A stretch of DNA of 61,476 nt, the filler included. It is 8 parts of 8 records of this genome, joined end to end, with 100 filler letters (N's around TTAATTAATTAA, not from the genome) between each part and the next. Parts side by side here need not be neighbours in the genome. Positions count along the whole stretch, not along the records: positions 19,070 to 24,908 come from SRR31156797_27958; positions 25,009 to 31,148 come from SRR31156797_27980; 6 more parts are not named here. One strand, written 5' to 3'. Each line of letters begins with the position of its first letter. Position 1 is the first letter of the stretch. This document shows positions 20,207 to 31,248 of this stretch, in pieces. Under the pieces are notes generated by a model. It saw nothing but the letters and a program-made list of their open reading frames with translations. It ran no database searches and was not told the DNA's origin. The position numbers were made by a program, and so were the translations under genes.

Positions 20207-22369
20207 ATGTTAAAGATGAAAAAATTAATATATAAAGTATTTTTATTGATAGCGACAGTATCAATATTAGCATCATGCGAAGATTTCCTGGAAACGAGTT
20301 CTCCATCGGTTGTTGACGCTGATTTTGTGTTTTCTAATATAGAAACTGCGCGTGCAGCAATGGACGGAGCTTACGAACAGTGGAGATCTACAGCTGAGAA
20401 TTATGTGTTCGGAAATGGTTTGTTTTATGCCACTGAGATTTGTGGTTCGGATATCGAACGTCACCCGGAATCATTTTCAAACCAGCCAGGTCGTCACTAT
20501 CCGGAATGTTTATACCAAAATGGAACATATGCCGGTACTTACGGTCTGTTATCGTATCAGAAAGAAAGCAAGAATGGGTATAGTTACCTGTTTAGCTGTA
20601 TTTCTAAAGCGAATTCTATAATAACTGCTATTCAGGAGACTGAAGAGTTTGATGAAATGATGAGTGCAGGTGAAGCTTCTGACCTGAGTCAGCTTTATGG
20701 TGAAGCTATTGCTTTAAGAGCCGTGGCCTATCGCGAATTAATCCGTTATTACGGAGACGTCCCTTATGCCTATAAAAGTGGTGTTGCTGCAATTGGATTA
20801 GTGCCAAGAGATTCTATCTACGATGTATGTATTGATGACCTAAAAACTGTTGAGCCTTTAATGTATCGTGTAGGTGAAAATTCGACTGTTGCCAAAAATG
20901 TATTTTCACGCACTTTTGTACAAGGGTTGATTGGCCGTATCTGTTTAGAGGCTGCTGGTTATCAAACCCGTCGTAGTGATTTAGGAAGTGATTTTTACAA
21001 AGATGGCGAAGGCAATGTGTTGACTTTTGAAACATTAGGTTCGGAAAATAACAGTGCTGCTTACGGACGTCGATCAGATTATAAAACGCTTTACGAAACT
21101 GCAAAAACATATTTGAAAGCTTGTATTGAAAATTCTGGTTCGGCAACCTTCTATTCAACTGATCCGCGTTCAACAGGAAGCAATGGTCAGGTTTTTGACA
21201 ATCCTTATCAGTATTTCTTCCAGCAAATGAATGACCTGGAATATGCCGATGAATCGATTTATGAATACAACATGACCCAAGGTGGAGGAAATGATACACG
21301 TACATATGCACTAGGACGTGTTTCCAGTGGAGGTAGTAAAAAAGCTTATCCTTGTAAATCGTACGGACAGGGACGCGTAAATCCTGCATTTTATTTTGGT
21401 ATGTTTGATCCAAAAGATAAACGCCGCGATGTTAGTGCTTGTGTAACTGGAAGTACCGGTAAAGGTGTAGAGAAGTTAATTCCTTTTGTTCCTAACTCAA
21501 AAGCTAATGGTGGTGGATTAACATGTAATAAATGGGACGAAAACCGTATGGCTTCACCTTACGTGATTAAACAACGTAAATCGGGAATTCATGGTCCGTA
21601 TATGCGTATGTCTGAAATCTATTTGAACTATGCTGAAGCTTGTGCTGTTACCGGAGATGAAGGAACTGCAAAAACATATTTGTCTTTAGTAAGAGAACGT
21701 GCATTCCCATCGGGTGAAGCAAAAACCGATGAGTTTATTTCAGCTTGTGGTAGTATGTATAAAGCTATTATTCAGGAACGTGGATTCGAATTTGCTGCAG
21801 AAGGTGATCGTCGCTGGACATTAATTCGTACAGGATTATTCCCTGAAGCAATTCAGAATATTAAGGAAATGACTCAGAGTATGTTGGCAGGTTTGGCTGC
21901 TGATGGTTATTATACATTTGAAAATGGTAATACGATCTCAAGCTATGTTTATACTAAATTAGTAGATGCTAAAGAGACTTACGGATATCGTTTAACAACT
22001 CAGTGCCCATCTGGCGAAGAAGATAATCCTGTCCTTTATCCTGGTTGGCGTGGACAAAACGATGACTGGGAAGGTGTTGCAACAAGTAACGGATTGGAAT
22101 TTACTTATGAAGATACTAAGACAAACCTTGCAATTGAAGGCCTTTTCGATTATATCGATCCTAGTAGTGCTGAAGCTGCTGCCCTGATAACTGATGGTTA
22201 TGAGCAAGTGGAATATGGTTCACAATTGGTTGAGTATTATGATGAGTATTATACTTACTTGTTCTATGATTACGATTATACAAGTGCTCCAATTTACTTG
22301 TGGCCTTATACTCCTAATATCATTACTACAGGTGGTTTTACAAACGGATACGGATTCTCGCAAGATTAA
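20207..22369 (+). CDS. SusD/RagB lipoprotein
   Basis: Lipobox ILASC-EDFL; GEA.ALRA..Y..L.RYYGDVP; MRMSEIYLNYAEA; QERGFEFAAEGDRRWTLIR. Confidence 0.93.
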   Translation: MLKMKKLIYKVFLLIATVSILASCEDFLETSSPSVVDADFVFSNIETARAAMDGAYEQWRSTAENYVFGNGLFYATEICGSDIERHPESFSNQPGRHYPECLYQNGTYAGTYGLLSYQKESKNGYSYLFSCISKANSIITAIQETEEFDEMMSAGEASDLSQLYGEAIALRAVAYRELIRYYGDVPYAYKSGVAAIGLVPRDSIYDVCIDDLKTVEPLMYRVGENSTVAKNVFSRTFVQGLIGRICLEAAGYQTRRSDLGSDFYKDGEGNVLTFETLGSENNSAAYGRRSDYKTLYETAKTYLKACIENSGSATFYSTDPRSTGSNGQVFDNPYQYFFQQMNDLEYADESIYEYNMTQGGGNDTRTYALGRVSSGGSKKAYPCKSYGQGRVNPAFYFGMFDPKDKRRDVSACVTGSTGKGVEKLIPFVPNSKANGGGLTCNKWDENRMASPYVIKQRKSGIHGPYMRMSEIYLNYAEACAVTGDEGTAKTYLSLVRERAFPSGEAKTDEFISACGSMYKAIIQERGFEFAAEGDRRWTLIRTGLFPEAIQNIKEMTQSMLAGLAADGYYTFENGNTISSYVYTKLVDAKETYGYRLTTQCPSGEEDNPVLYPGWRGQNDDWEGVATSNGLEFTYEDTKTNLAIEGLFDYIDPSSAEAAALITDGYEQVEYGSQLVEYYDEYYTYLFYDYDYTSAPIYLWPYTPNIITTGGFTNGYGFSQD

Positions 22370-22400
22370 CAACTGTGATTTGTATTTAATATAGAATATT

Positions 22401-22437
22401 AATAACCCACTGCCAGCAGGTAGTGGGTTATTTTTTT
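22401..22437 (+). terminator. Intrinsic terminator after susD
   Basis: AATAACCCACTGCC/GGTAGTGGGTTATT stem followed by a T run. Confidence 0.85.
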
Positions 22438-22457
22438 GTCAATCTAAACCATATAAA

Positions 22458-23135
22458 ATGAATCTATTGATACAGGTGCTGGGCTTTGTTCTTTTCTTTA
22501 ATAGCTTTCTGGCTAAAAGTTCAGTTTGTTTTGAACCTATCTGTCAAAAAAAAGAAAAGCATTGGATTCTTTCAGAACTGCTTAACACCGAAGATATTTA
22601 TGTAATAAAAGATGGAAATCCTGAGATTATAGAAACATCATTTGGTTCTTCGGTTCAGTTTGATGGTGTAGATGATGCTTTATTAATGGAGATGATGCCT
22701 TTAAAAGGTCTAACTGAATTTACTGTTGAGGCTATTTTTTGTCCTGAGTCTGAAGGGAATTTCGAGCAAAGATTTTTGCATATGGGAGAAATTAGTGGCG
22801 ACCGATTGTTATTAGAAATCAGAGCAACAAACGATAGCTGGTATTTCGATTCCTTTATCTGTTCAGAAAACAATAAACTTACATTAATCGATTCCACACT
22901 GCAACACCCGCTTGACAAGTGGTACCATGTGGCTTTTGTTGTAAACAATGGAAAGCTTTCATCCTATGTAAACGGAACCAAAGAACTTGAAGGTGAAATA
23001 AAGATGTCACCATTTCAATCCGGAAAAACATCAATAGGCGTTCGTTTAAACAGGGTGTCGTGGTTTAAAGGTAAAATTGCCGAAATAAGAGTTACCGAAA
23101 AAGCATTAACTCCCAACGAATTTTTAAGTTTTTAA
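22458..23135 (+). CDS. Secreted LamG/concanavalin-like jelly-roll protein
   Basis: Signal peptide; FDGVDD, FTVEA, WYHVAFV, YVNG, FKGKIAEIRV..AL. Confidence 0.82.
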   Translation: MNLLIQVLGFVLFFNSFLAKSSVCFEPICQKKEKHWILSELLNTEDIYVIKDGNPEIIETSFGSSVQFDGVDDALLMEMMPLKGLTEFTVEAIFCPESEGNFEQRFLHMGEISGDRLLLEIRATNDSWYFDSFICSENNKLTLIDSTLQHPLDKWYHVAFVVNNGKLSSYVNGTKELEGEIKMSPFQSGKTSIGVRLNRVSWFKGKIAEIRVTEKALTPNEFLSF

Positions 23136-23165
23136 AATACCAAAATTCTAAACCAAAAGAAAACC

Positions 23166-24755
23166 ATGAACCAAGTAAAAAAAATTATCTTCTTTTTTCT
23201 ATTTGCCTTTAATCCATATTTCTTTTTATGCGGGCAAAACACCAATTTAAATAAGACTGCCAGAGTAACCATGCTTAAAGCCACCCGATACATGGTAGAA
23301 CAAGTAAGTTACAACGGAGGATACGTTTGGTATTATCTTCCAGATTTCTCGAGGCAGTGGGGAGAAATGGAAGCTTATAAAACCATGATCTGGTTACAAC
23401 ATCCCGGCACAATTAGTATGGGAAATACTTTTTTAGATGCCTATGATGTAACCGGAAATGAATATTATTATCAGGCTGCTCAAAAAGCTGCGGCCTCTAT
23501 TATATGGGGACAAAGTAACGAAGGTGGCTGGAACTATATGATTGATTTTGCCGGAGATCGGTCATTAAAAAACTGGTACTCTACCATTGGGAAAAATGGT
23601 TGGCGACTTGAAGAGTTCCAACACTATTACGGAAACAGTACATTCGATGACGATGTGACTTCGGATGCTGCACGTTTTTTGCTCCGAATATATCTGGAAA
23701 AATTAGATCCGGTTTACAAACCATCTTTGGATAAAGCCATTGAATTTATTCTTAAAAGTCAATATCCTCCGGGAGGATGGCCGCAACGTTATCCTTTAAA
23801 ATTCGATTTTCAAAAAAATGGTCATCCTGATTACTCATCTTTTTACACCTTTAACGATGATGTGATTTGGGAAAACGTTCATTTTCTGATTCAATGTTAC
23901 CTTACGCTGGGTCAAGAACGATTTTTGGATCCAATTTACCGGGGAATGGATTTTTATTTATTGGCTCAGGATAGTTGCGGAGCCTGGGGACAACAACTGG
24001 ATATGAACATGAATGTGGCCGGTGCACGAACCTACGAACCCGCCGCATATTTACCTTCAACCACTTTTGAGAATGCGATGTTGCTGCTAAAATTCTACCA
24101 GTTTACAGGAGATGAAAAGTTTATTGAAGGAGTACCTTCAGCCATTGAGTGGCTGGAAAAAACCAAATTGCCCGATGAACAGGTGGAAGGGGCGAGAACA
24201 CATCCTGCATTTGTTGATGTTAAAACACAAAAACCGGTTTATGTTCACCGGAAAGGAGCGAACTCAAAATATGGGTATTACTACACCGATGAATCCGATA
24301 AAAAATTATTGTCTCATTATTACGGTAAATCAAGAGTCCCATTAAAAGTATTAAAAGATGAATATGCGCGATTGATAGCCTTATCAAAAGAAGAATTAAC
24401 AAAGGATTCTCCACTTCTGGTTTCTTGTTTTAAAGGGGCAAATACAACGCCACAGAAATTCTATGACCTGAATCGTTTTAATTGGGATTTTAAGCCCGAA
24501 GAAACACAGGTGAAAACTGTGATTGAAAGTCTGGATGAAGAAAACCGGTGGTTACAAAAACATGCCTATATTAGTAATCCGTATTCTTGTGATGGGAAAA
24601 ACAATGAATTAACCAAGGAGTATGCAACAACGCGAGTAGGAGACGAGACCGATACTTCTCCCTACCGAGACACTTCCGATCAGGAATATGTTTCAACCAG
24701 AGCATATATTCGTAACATGAATATTTTGATCAACTTTTTAAAACAAAAAGAATAA
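23166..24755 (+). CDS. Pectate lyase, PL10/PelA-like
   Basis: STFDD, FILKSQYPPGGWPQRYP, TFNDDV, WGQQ, ARTYEP; signal peptide. Confidence 0.85.
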   Translation: MNQVKKIIFFFLFAFNPYFFLCGQNTNLNKTARVTMLKATRYMVEQVSYNGGYVWYYLPDFSRQWGEMEAYKTMIWLQHPGTISMGNTFLDAYDVTGNEYYYQAAQKAAASIIWGQSNEGGWNYMIDFAGDRSLKNWYSTIGKNGWRLEEFQHYYGNSTFDDDVTSDAARFLLRIYLEKLDPVYKPSLDKAIEFILKSQYPPGGWPQRYPLKFDFQKNGHPDYSSFYTFNDDVIWENVHFLIQCYLTLGQERFLDPIYRGMDFYLLAQDSCGAWGQQLDMNMNVAGARTYEPAAYLPSTTFENAMLLLKFYQFTGDEKFIEGVPSAIEWLEKTKLPDEQVEGARTHPAFVDVKTQKPVYVHRKGANSKYGYYYTDESDKKLLSHYYGKSRVPLKVLKDEYARLIALSKEELTKDSPLLVSCFKGANTTPQKFYDLNRFNWDFKPEETQVKTVIESLDEENRWLQKHAYISNPYSCDGKNNELTKEYATTRVGDETDTSPYRDTSDQEYVSTRAYIRNMNILINFLKQKE

Positions 24756-24769
24756 ACCAAAGTTAAACC

Positions 24770-24908
24770 ATGCAAAACAGATCGAGACGTAATTTTATTT
24801 ATAAAGCAGCTTTAGCTACAACTGCTCCATTTTTATTTAAACCATCGGTATCATTTGCAGCTCATAAAAATAGCAACAAGAGTGAAAATGGTCGTGTAAT
24901 TCTTTTTC
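24770..24908 (+). CDS. Tat-exported protein N-terminus, probably an SGNH/GDSL esterase; truncated
   Basis: SRRNF twin-arginine motif; ends at VILF, which usually precedes block I (QGDS) in such esterases. The family call is inference. Confidence 0.55.
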
Positions 24909-25008
24909 NNNNNNNNNNNNNNNNNNNNNNNNNNNNNNNNNNNNNNNNNNNNTTAATTAATTAANNNNNNNNNNNNNNNNNNNNNNNNNNNNNNNNNNNN
25001 NNNNNNNN
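24909..25008. other. Artificial contig spacer
   Basis: Same 100-nt spacer. Confidence 0.98.
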
Positions 25009-26383
25009 GGCAGATAAACAAGATATCACGCGCATCCCCCCGCAATCTATAGATTCCGAAAAAGCAGTGCTTGGCTCCATGATGCAGGACAGCATGGCTG
25101 CAAGTCGCGCTTTGGAATTATTGGGTGAAGATTGCTTCTATCTGGATGCACATAAATTCATCTTTCGCTCCATGAAGGAATTGAACGATAAACTCAAACC
25201 TATCGATCAATTGACCGTTATGGAAAAACTGACTCAATTAAAGCTATTGGATGAAGTTGGCGGACCGGCAGTTATAGCCGATCTGATCAATCGCGTCCCA
25301 TCAGCTGCAAATATTGAGTATTATTCAAACATCGTAAAGGAAAAATATATCCTCCGTACGATCATTTCCACTTCAAACGATATGATCGACAAGGCATTTT
25401 CGGAAGATGAAGAGACCGATACCATTCTGGATAAGGCGCAACAGCAGATCTTTACTCTGCGCGAGAACAGTTCATCACAGGATTTCGTGAACATTAAAAA
25501 CATCCTCCATCCTACGGTAGAACATATTGAAAATCTGTCTCAGCATCATGGAGATGTGGTAGGTATCCCCACCGGATTTAAACAATTTGATAATATTACC
25601 AATGGTTTTCAGAATTCTGACCTTGTTATTATCGCCGGTCGTCCTTCCATGGGTAAAACGGCACTTGCATTGTCTATGATGCGTAATATGGCGTTGGACC
25701 ATGATGCAAATGTGGGTTTCTTTTCACTTGAAATGGCTCAGGAAGGTATTGCCATGCGACTTCTCAGTATGGAAAGCGGCATTGACCATCAGAATCTGCG
25801 TCGTGGAAAGATACCACCTCAACAATGGCAATTTTTGATCCAGGCTGCCGCTAAGATCAACGACGCAACCATTCATTTTGATTTTACGCCCGGTCTGAAC
25901 GTCCTGGATATGCGATCCCGCGCCCGTCGATTGAAAAGCAGCATTGGTAAGCTGGATATTATTTTTGTCGATTATCTTCAGATCGCACATGCAACTGTTC
26001 GTGCAAATGACAGTCGTGTTCAAGAAGTAGCCATGATCTCTCAGCAATTGAAAGCCCTGGCAAAAGAAATGAATATTCCGGTTGTTGCCTTGTCACAGCT
26101 TTCCCGTGCTCCCGAACAACGAGGCGGGGACAGCAGGCCCAAACTTTCTGACCTTAGGGATTCAGGTGCCATTGAACAGGACGCCGACCTTGTCATGTTC
26201 GTACATCGCCAGCATTATTATTCCAAAGATCCCGCTGACGAAGGAAAAGGCGAACTGATCATATCCAAACACCGTAACGGTCCTACCGGCACGGTGAACC
26301 TGACATTTAAAAATGAGATCGTGCGTTTCTTTGATGCACCATTCGATACCTATGCCGAACAAGCTGAAGAGGGAGCATTCTAA
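25009..26383 (+). CDS. dnaB: Replicative DNA helicase (start codon clipped)
   Basis: RIPPQSIDSEKAVLG, GRPSMGKT, FSLEM, VDYLQ, LSQLSR, DLRDSGAIEQDAD, KHRNGPTG; no intein. Confidence 0.97.
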
Positions 26384-26388
26384 GCAAA

Positions 26389-28539
26389 ATGCCCAACGAA
26401 ATACCGAAAATACTTCCAAAAGATTTCAATATCCTTCTGGATAAGATCAAGATCTATAACAGTAATTATAAAGTAGATCTGCCCTTGCTTTGGAAGGCTT
26501 ATAAGTTTTCTAAAGATGCGCACAAAGAACAGTTCAGAAGATCGGGTGAGCCTTATTTTCAACATCTTTATCATACGGCGCTTATCCTTGCTGAGCTGAA
26601 CATGGATACAGCCACCATATGTGCCGGATTTCTACACGATGTCCTTGAGGATACAAATATCTCAGAAGAAGTGATCAGCAATGAATTCACTCCTCAAATA
26701 CTTCAATTTGTCAAAGGTGTCACCAAGATCGGTGGTATCAAATTTCAGAGTGAGCAACAGCAGCAAGCTCAGAATTTCAGGAAAATGCTCCTGAGTGTTG
26801 CGGACGATATCCGTGTGATCATCATTAAATTCGCGGATCGTTTGCATAACATGCGAACACTGGATTACCTGCCTCCCAAAAAGAAAAAACGCATCGCACT
26901 CGAAACCCGTGATGTTTACGCTCCCCTTGCCCATCGCCTTGGCATGTACAGGATCAAAATGGAGATGGAAGATCTTGCATTAAAACACCTTGATCCCAAG
27001 ATATACGATGAATTGAACGAGCGGATCACCGCCCAAACCAAGCGATCACAAAATGATATTGATGATTTTATTAAAATGATCAATACCTATCTAAAAGAAG
27101 AAAATATTGAAGCCCGGGTCTTTGGCAGGATCAAGAATTTTAATTCAATTTACGATAAAATGATCCGTCAAAATCGTCCGCTTGAAGAGATCTTTGATAT
27201 TCTGGCGATCAGGATCATTGTAGATTCTATAACGCATTGTTATTCGGTCCTTGGTATCGTTCACCAAAAATTCACTCCCATTACAGAACGATTCCGGGAT
27301 TTTATCGCTACACCAAAATCAAATGGATATCAATCCGTTCATACCACCGTTATCGGACCTAAAGGAATTCCCATTGAGATCCAGATCCGAACCGATGAAA
27401 TGGACAAAACAGCCGAGGTTGGCATTGCCGCTCACTGGAAATACAAAGAATCCGGTGAAACTGATGAACTGGACAGGCATATCCAATGGTTAAGAGATCT
27501 TGTTGATATTCTTAAAAACGATATCAAAGATGATGAAGAATTCCTTGAAACTCTTAAGATCGACCTTTTCAACGATGAGATCTTTGTTTTTACACCCAAA
27601 GGTGATTTGATCAAGCTTCCTTTGCACGCCACTGCCCTGGATTTTGCATTTGCAGTGCATACCGAAGTAGGATTCCGTTGTATCGGCGCAAAAGTGAACG
27701 GAAAGATCGTCTCACTGAATTCACAGCTATCAAGCGGAGATAGAATTGAGGTCATTACATCGAACAATCACAATGTTTCGTACAACTGGCTGAGATTCGT
27801 TACCACAAACCGTGCTAAAAGTCGCATACGTAAATGGTTGCAACGGCATGAGTTTGAACAAAGTGTGACATTGGGTGAAGAAATTCTTGAAAAGGGAATG
27901 CGAAAAGCAAAATTGAGTTCTAAGATCAAGGATGTTAAGACCAAATATCGCGATATGGGTTACGATACGGAAAATCTATTTTATCAGGCGATCGGCAAGG
28001 GCGAACTTACCGTTAAATCTGTTATTAATGAATTATATAAAAAAACTAATGAGAAAAAACCTCTTGAGGATATTCTCCCGACCTTTAAGCAATACCGTTC
28101 AACCAATGGTATCAGCGTCAGCGGTTACGAAAACATGATGGTCCAGTTGGCCAAGTGCTGCAACCCCATTCCCGGTGATGAGATCATCGGATTTATCACA
28201 CGTGGACGCGGGATCACCGTGCACCGTGCAGATTGCAGGAACATTCCAAATCTTGAGGAAGAAAAAGATCGCTTTATAGATGTTAAATGGCACGTTAAGG
28301 GTGGAAGAACATTTGTTACGCGCATCAATGTGATCGGTGAAGACAGAGCAAATCTGATCTACGACGTATCACAGATCATTCATGATCAACATACTAATAT
28401 GTTAAGTATAAATTTCTCTGTCGAAGGCAAACTTGCGCGCGGACAAGTTGCCGTCATGGTCGAAAGCTTGAAGCACGCGGAACGCATCATGCAAAAACTT
28501 AAAAATATCCCCGGGGTATTGACCATAGACAGAACATAA
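26389..28539 (+). CDS. rel: Bifunctional (p)ppGpp synthetase/hydrolase (RelA/SpoT)
   Basis: HD domain HDVLED and DRLHNMRTL; synthetase GRIK, NGYQSVHT, EIQIRT; TGS VFTPKG; CCNPIPGD; ACT domain. Confidence 0.95.
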   Translation: MPNEIPKILPKDFNILLDKIKIYNSNYKVDLPLLWKAYKFSKDAHKEQFRRSGEPYFQHLYHTALILAELNMDTATICAGFLHDVLEDTNISEEVISNEFTPQILQFVKGVTKIGGIKFQSEQQQQAQNFRKMLLSVADDIRVIIIKFADRLHNMRTLDYLPPKKKKRIALETRDVYAPLAHRLGMYRIKMEMEDLALKHLDPKIYDELNERITAQTKRSQNDIDDFIKMINTYLKEENIEARVFGRIKNFNSIYDKMIRQNRPLEEIFDILAIRIIVDSITHCYSVLGIVHQKFTPITERFRDFIATPKSNGYQSVHTTVIGPKGIPIEIQIRTDEMDKTAEVGIAAHWKYKESGETDELDRHIQWLRDLVDILKNDIKDDEEFLETLKIDLFNDEIFVFTPKGDLIKLPLHATALDFAFAVHTEVGFRCIGAKVNGKIVSLNSQLSSGDRIEVITSNNHNVSYNWLRFVTTNRAKSRIRKWLQRHEFEQSVTLGEEILEKGMRKAKLSSKIKDVKTKYRDMGYDTENLFYQAIGKGELTVKSVINELYKKTNEKKPLEDILPTFKQYRSTNGISVSGYENMMVQLAKCCNPIPGDEIIGFITRGRGITVHRADCRNIPNLEEEKDRFIDVKWHVKGGRTFVTRINVIGEDRANLIYDVSQIIHDQHTNMLSINFSVEGKLARGQVAVMVESLKHAERIMQKLKNIPGVLTIDRT

Positions 28540-28553
28540 TTTTGGAGGAATCA

Positions 28554-28883
28554 ATGGAGAAGAAAACGTTCACGAAGAAAGATGTTGCAAAGCATATTCG
28601 CATTCGCACAAAAGGCGGCTGTAAAATGCGCATTTATGAATGTGAAAAGTACATGGATGAGATCTTTGCAGCTATGTTGGACCTGTTAATGGATGACGAA
28701 GCTGAAAGGGTCCGTATCGAGATCCGGAATTTCGGTGTTTTCGAAGTGAAAAATTCCAAGGCAAAACCACAGGCACGGAATCCCAAGACCAATGAAGTCA
28801 TCTATGTGCCGGCACGTAAAAAAGTACACTTCAAGGCGGGTAAAATATTAAAAGAATACTTGTCTAAACCTCGCGAAGCTTAA
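28554..28883 (+). CDS. HU/IHF family DNA-binding protein
   Basis: RIEIRNFGVFEV, ARNPKT, VPARKKVHFKAGK; GGAGG RBS before ATG 28554. Confidence 0.9.
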   Translation: MEKKTFTKKDVAKHIRIRTKGGCKMRIYECEKYMDEIFAAMLDLLMDDEAERVRIEIRNFGVFEVKNSKAKPQARNPKTNEVIYVPARKKVHFKAGKILKEYLSKPREA

Positions 28884-28891
28884 GGATAACC

Positions 28892-29311
28892 ATGCAGCGG
28901 ATCCTCGCTATCGATTTTGGAATGCGACGGATCGGCCTTGCCATTTCCGACCCGCTTCAGATCATTGCAACACCCTTGGAAACCCTGACGATCAAGGATC
29001 TTGACGACGGCATCAAGCAACTTGCGGCTCTCTGCCAAGAGTATGAACTTGAAAGCATCATCATGGGTTATCCCATCGGTACATCGGGAGACAAGACCGA
29101 CCAGACCAGGATCGTGGACAAAGTGATAGAATCACTGAAAATCACCGTCCACACCCCCATCATTCCCTGGGATGAACGCTATACTTCCGTTCAAGCAAAA
29201 AGCATCATGCTGCAGCAGGGCAAAAAAGCCCGTGACGACAAAGGCATGGTCGATCAATTGGCCGCCCGAATCATGCTGCAGGAATATCTGGATTCGCGGA
29301 GCTATAAATGA
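28892..29311 (+). CDS. ruvX: RuvX/YqgF pre-16S rRNA nuclease
   Basis: ILAIDFGMRRIGLAISD, GYP, WDERYTS, VDQLAARIMLQEYLD. Confidence 0.93.
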   Translation: MQRILAIDFGMRRIGLAISDPLQIIATPLETLTIKDLDDGIKQLAALCQEYELESIIMGYPIGTSGDKTDQTRIVDKVIESLKITVHTPIIPWDERYTSVQAKSIMLQQGKKARDDKGMVDQLAARIMLQEYLDSRSYK

Positions 29312-30813
29312 AATTAAATTATAAACACATCCTGTTATTACTGATTTCCACCTTATTGCTGGAACTCTCATTTGCCCCATTTAATCAATTCTATACCGCA
29401 TTTTTTGCTCTTCTCCCCTTCCTCTACATACTTGATAAGGCAAAAAACGGTTTTTTAACCGGATTGCTCTGGGGTGTGTTCTATTGTATTATCTCAATTC
29501 ACTGGTTAGCATTTAATACCGGTACTTTCCCGTGGTTAGCAACTTTGTCCATGCTGCTGGCTTCTGTTTTTCTTGCCTTGAATTACGCTTTTATCGGTAT
29601 GATCTTTAAAATGATCCAACGCAAAAATAAAAATATGGCCTATCTTTTCCTGCCATTTATCTGGACAGGTATAGAATTCCTCAGATCATTTGGTGTTCTA
29701 GGATTTCCCTGGCTCAGTTTGGGACACTCACAGGCACATAATACCATTTATGCTCAGATAGCAGATATCGGTGGTGTTTATACCATCAGTTTCTTTTTGT
29801 TGCTGACAAACTTTTTTCTTTATCTGCTGATCAAAAACTATTCAAGAAAACGGCTTTATGCCATGATACTGATCCTGTTGATCCCATTTATTTATGGTAC
29901 AGTCATGCTGAATATGGATCTAAGCACAAATAGAGAATTAAATTTCAGGATCGTTCAGCCCAATATTGGTGCTAAAGAAAAATGGATACCATCCAACCGG
30001 CTGCCGATCATTAATAAATTGGATTCTTTAAGCCGTTCGGATAATGGATTTAAACCGGATGTGATCGTCTGGCCCGAAACAGCCGTCCCGTATTATTTGC
30101 GTTCTTCGATCTATTTTCAACATTTACTGAACGAATGCTCAAAGGATATGAACAGCTCTTTGATCACCGGGGCGTTGGATTATTACCACAAAGATGACGG
30201 CACCTGGCATTCCAGCACAAATACGGTTTTTATTTTTGAACCCGATCAAAGCACTTTTAATCCTTTAATTTACGATAAATTACACCTTGTACCCTTTGGT
30301 GAATTTACTCCGGGTGGTGAACTTTTTTCCTGGCTGAATAACATGGAATACGGTCAAAGTGATTTCACCCATCGTAATTTCAGACAGCCGATGAATATGA
30401 CGAAAGACAGTATCAAATTTACTCCCATGGTCTGTTATGATTCGGTTTTTCCTCATACGGTCAGGTCGTTCGCAAATAAAGGAAGTCAATATAACATTTT
30501 GATTACCAATGATATATGGTTCGGAAGATCCATGGGACCATATCAGCATGCGGCTATTGCTATCATTCGTGCCATTGAAACAAGGCGTTCATTAGTTCGT
30601 TCCGCGAATGCCGGTATATCCATGTTCATTGATAACAAAGGTCGTGTTCTTAATAGCTTGCCTCTTTATGAAAGCGGTATTCTTGATTGCCGTTTGGCTG
30701 CAAGCGAACATATTTCACCTTATACCAAAACCGGAAATCTTTTCGGTTATATGATGGTATTATTCTTACTTATCGGGATTGCATATTTATTATGGCCAAA
30801 ACGATCAAAATAA
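29308..30813 (+). CDS. lnt: Apolipoprotein N-acyltransferase
   Basis: GFPW, VQPNI, WPETA, KLHLVPFGE, VCYDS, TNDIWFG, RAIE, RSANAGIS. Confidence 0.95.
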   Translation: MKLNYKHILLLLISTLLLELSFAPFNQFYTAFFALLPFLYILDKAKNGFLTGLLWGVFYCIISIHWLAFNTGTFPWLATLSMLLASVFLALNYAFIGMIFKMIQRKNKNMAYLFLPFIWTGIEFLRSFGVLGFPWLSLGHSQAHNTIYAQIADIGGVYTISFFLLLTNFFLYLLIKNYSRKRLYAMILILLIPFIYGTVMLNMDLSTNRELNFRIVQPNIGAKEKWIPSNRLPIINKLDSLSRSDNGFKPDVIVWPETAVPYYLRSSIYFQHLLNECSKDMNSSLITGALDYYHKDDGTWHSSTNTVFIFEPDQSTFNPLIYDKLHLVPFGEFTPGGELFSWLNNMEYGQSDFTHRNFRQPMNMTKDSIKFTPMVCYDSVFPHTVRSFANKGSQYNILITNDIWFGRSMGPYQHAAIAIIRAIETRRSLVRSANAGISMFIDNKGRVLNSLPLYESGILDCRLAASEHISPYTKTGNLFGYMMVLFLLIGIAYLLWPKRSK

Positions 30814-31148
30814 TTGTACTTATTCTATCTTGTTCAGCTATTTTGCTTGCCCAGGATGTTGATCCTAAAGGTGTTTACTTTAAGATCAGCACCCCCTATT
30901 TATTGGAAATATCAACGACACTTGAAAAGCATGATCTTGAATTAAAAACGGATTCTCTTCAAGCGTATTATACAGGTGAGCTGTTCTATTATCGAGAGAA
31001 TAATGATTCCATACGTTGTGAAATACAACTGCGAAAAGGTCAGGAATCACCATTTATTTTAGATTCATTTATGACGGAACCAGTCAGTAAAAAGAACGTA
31101 AGAAGTTCCGTTGCTAAATTCAGCATTTGGATGTTGTTTTTAAATGCA
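30792..31148 (+). CDS. Hypothetical exported/membrane protein, 3'-truncated
   Basis: MAKTIKIIVLILSCSAILLA signal peptide; overlaps the end of lnt. Confidence 0.6.
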
Positions 31149-31248
31149 NNNNNNNNNNNNNNNNNNNNNNNNNNNNNNNNNNNNNNNNNNNNTTAATTAA
31201 TTAANNNNNNNNNNNNNNNNNNNNNNNNNNNNNNNNNNNNNNNNNNNN
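31149..31248. other. Artificial contig spacer
   Basis: Same 100-nt spacer. Confidence 0.98.

Noticed and set aside
25009-26383. Intein in dnaB (also checked recA and polA)
   Set aside because: Lengths and motif spacing are normal, with no insertion.
28892-29311. ruvX looks more GC-rich than neighbouring lnt, suggesting recent replacement
   Set aside because: Impression only, not quantified; lnt is a membrane protein with T-rich codons and the operon junctions are seamless.
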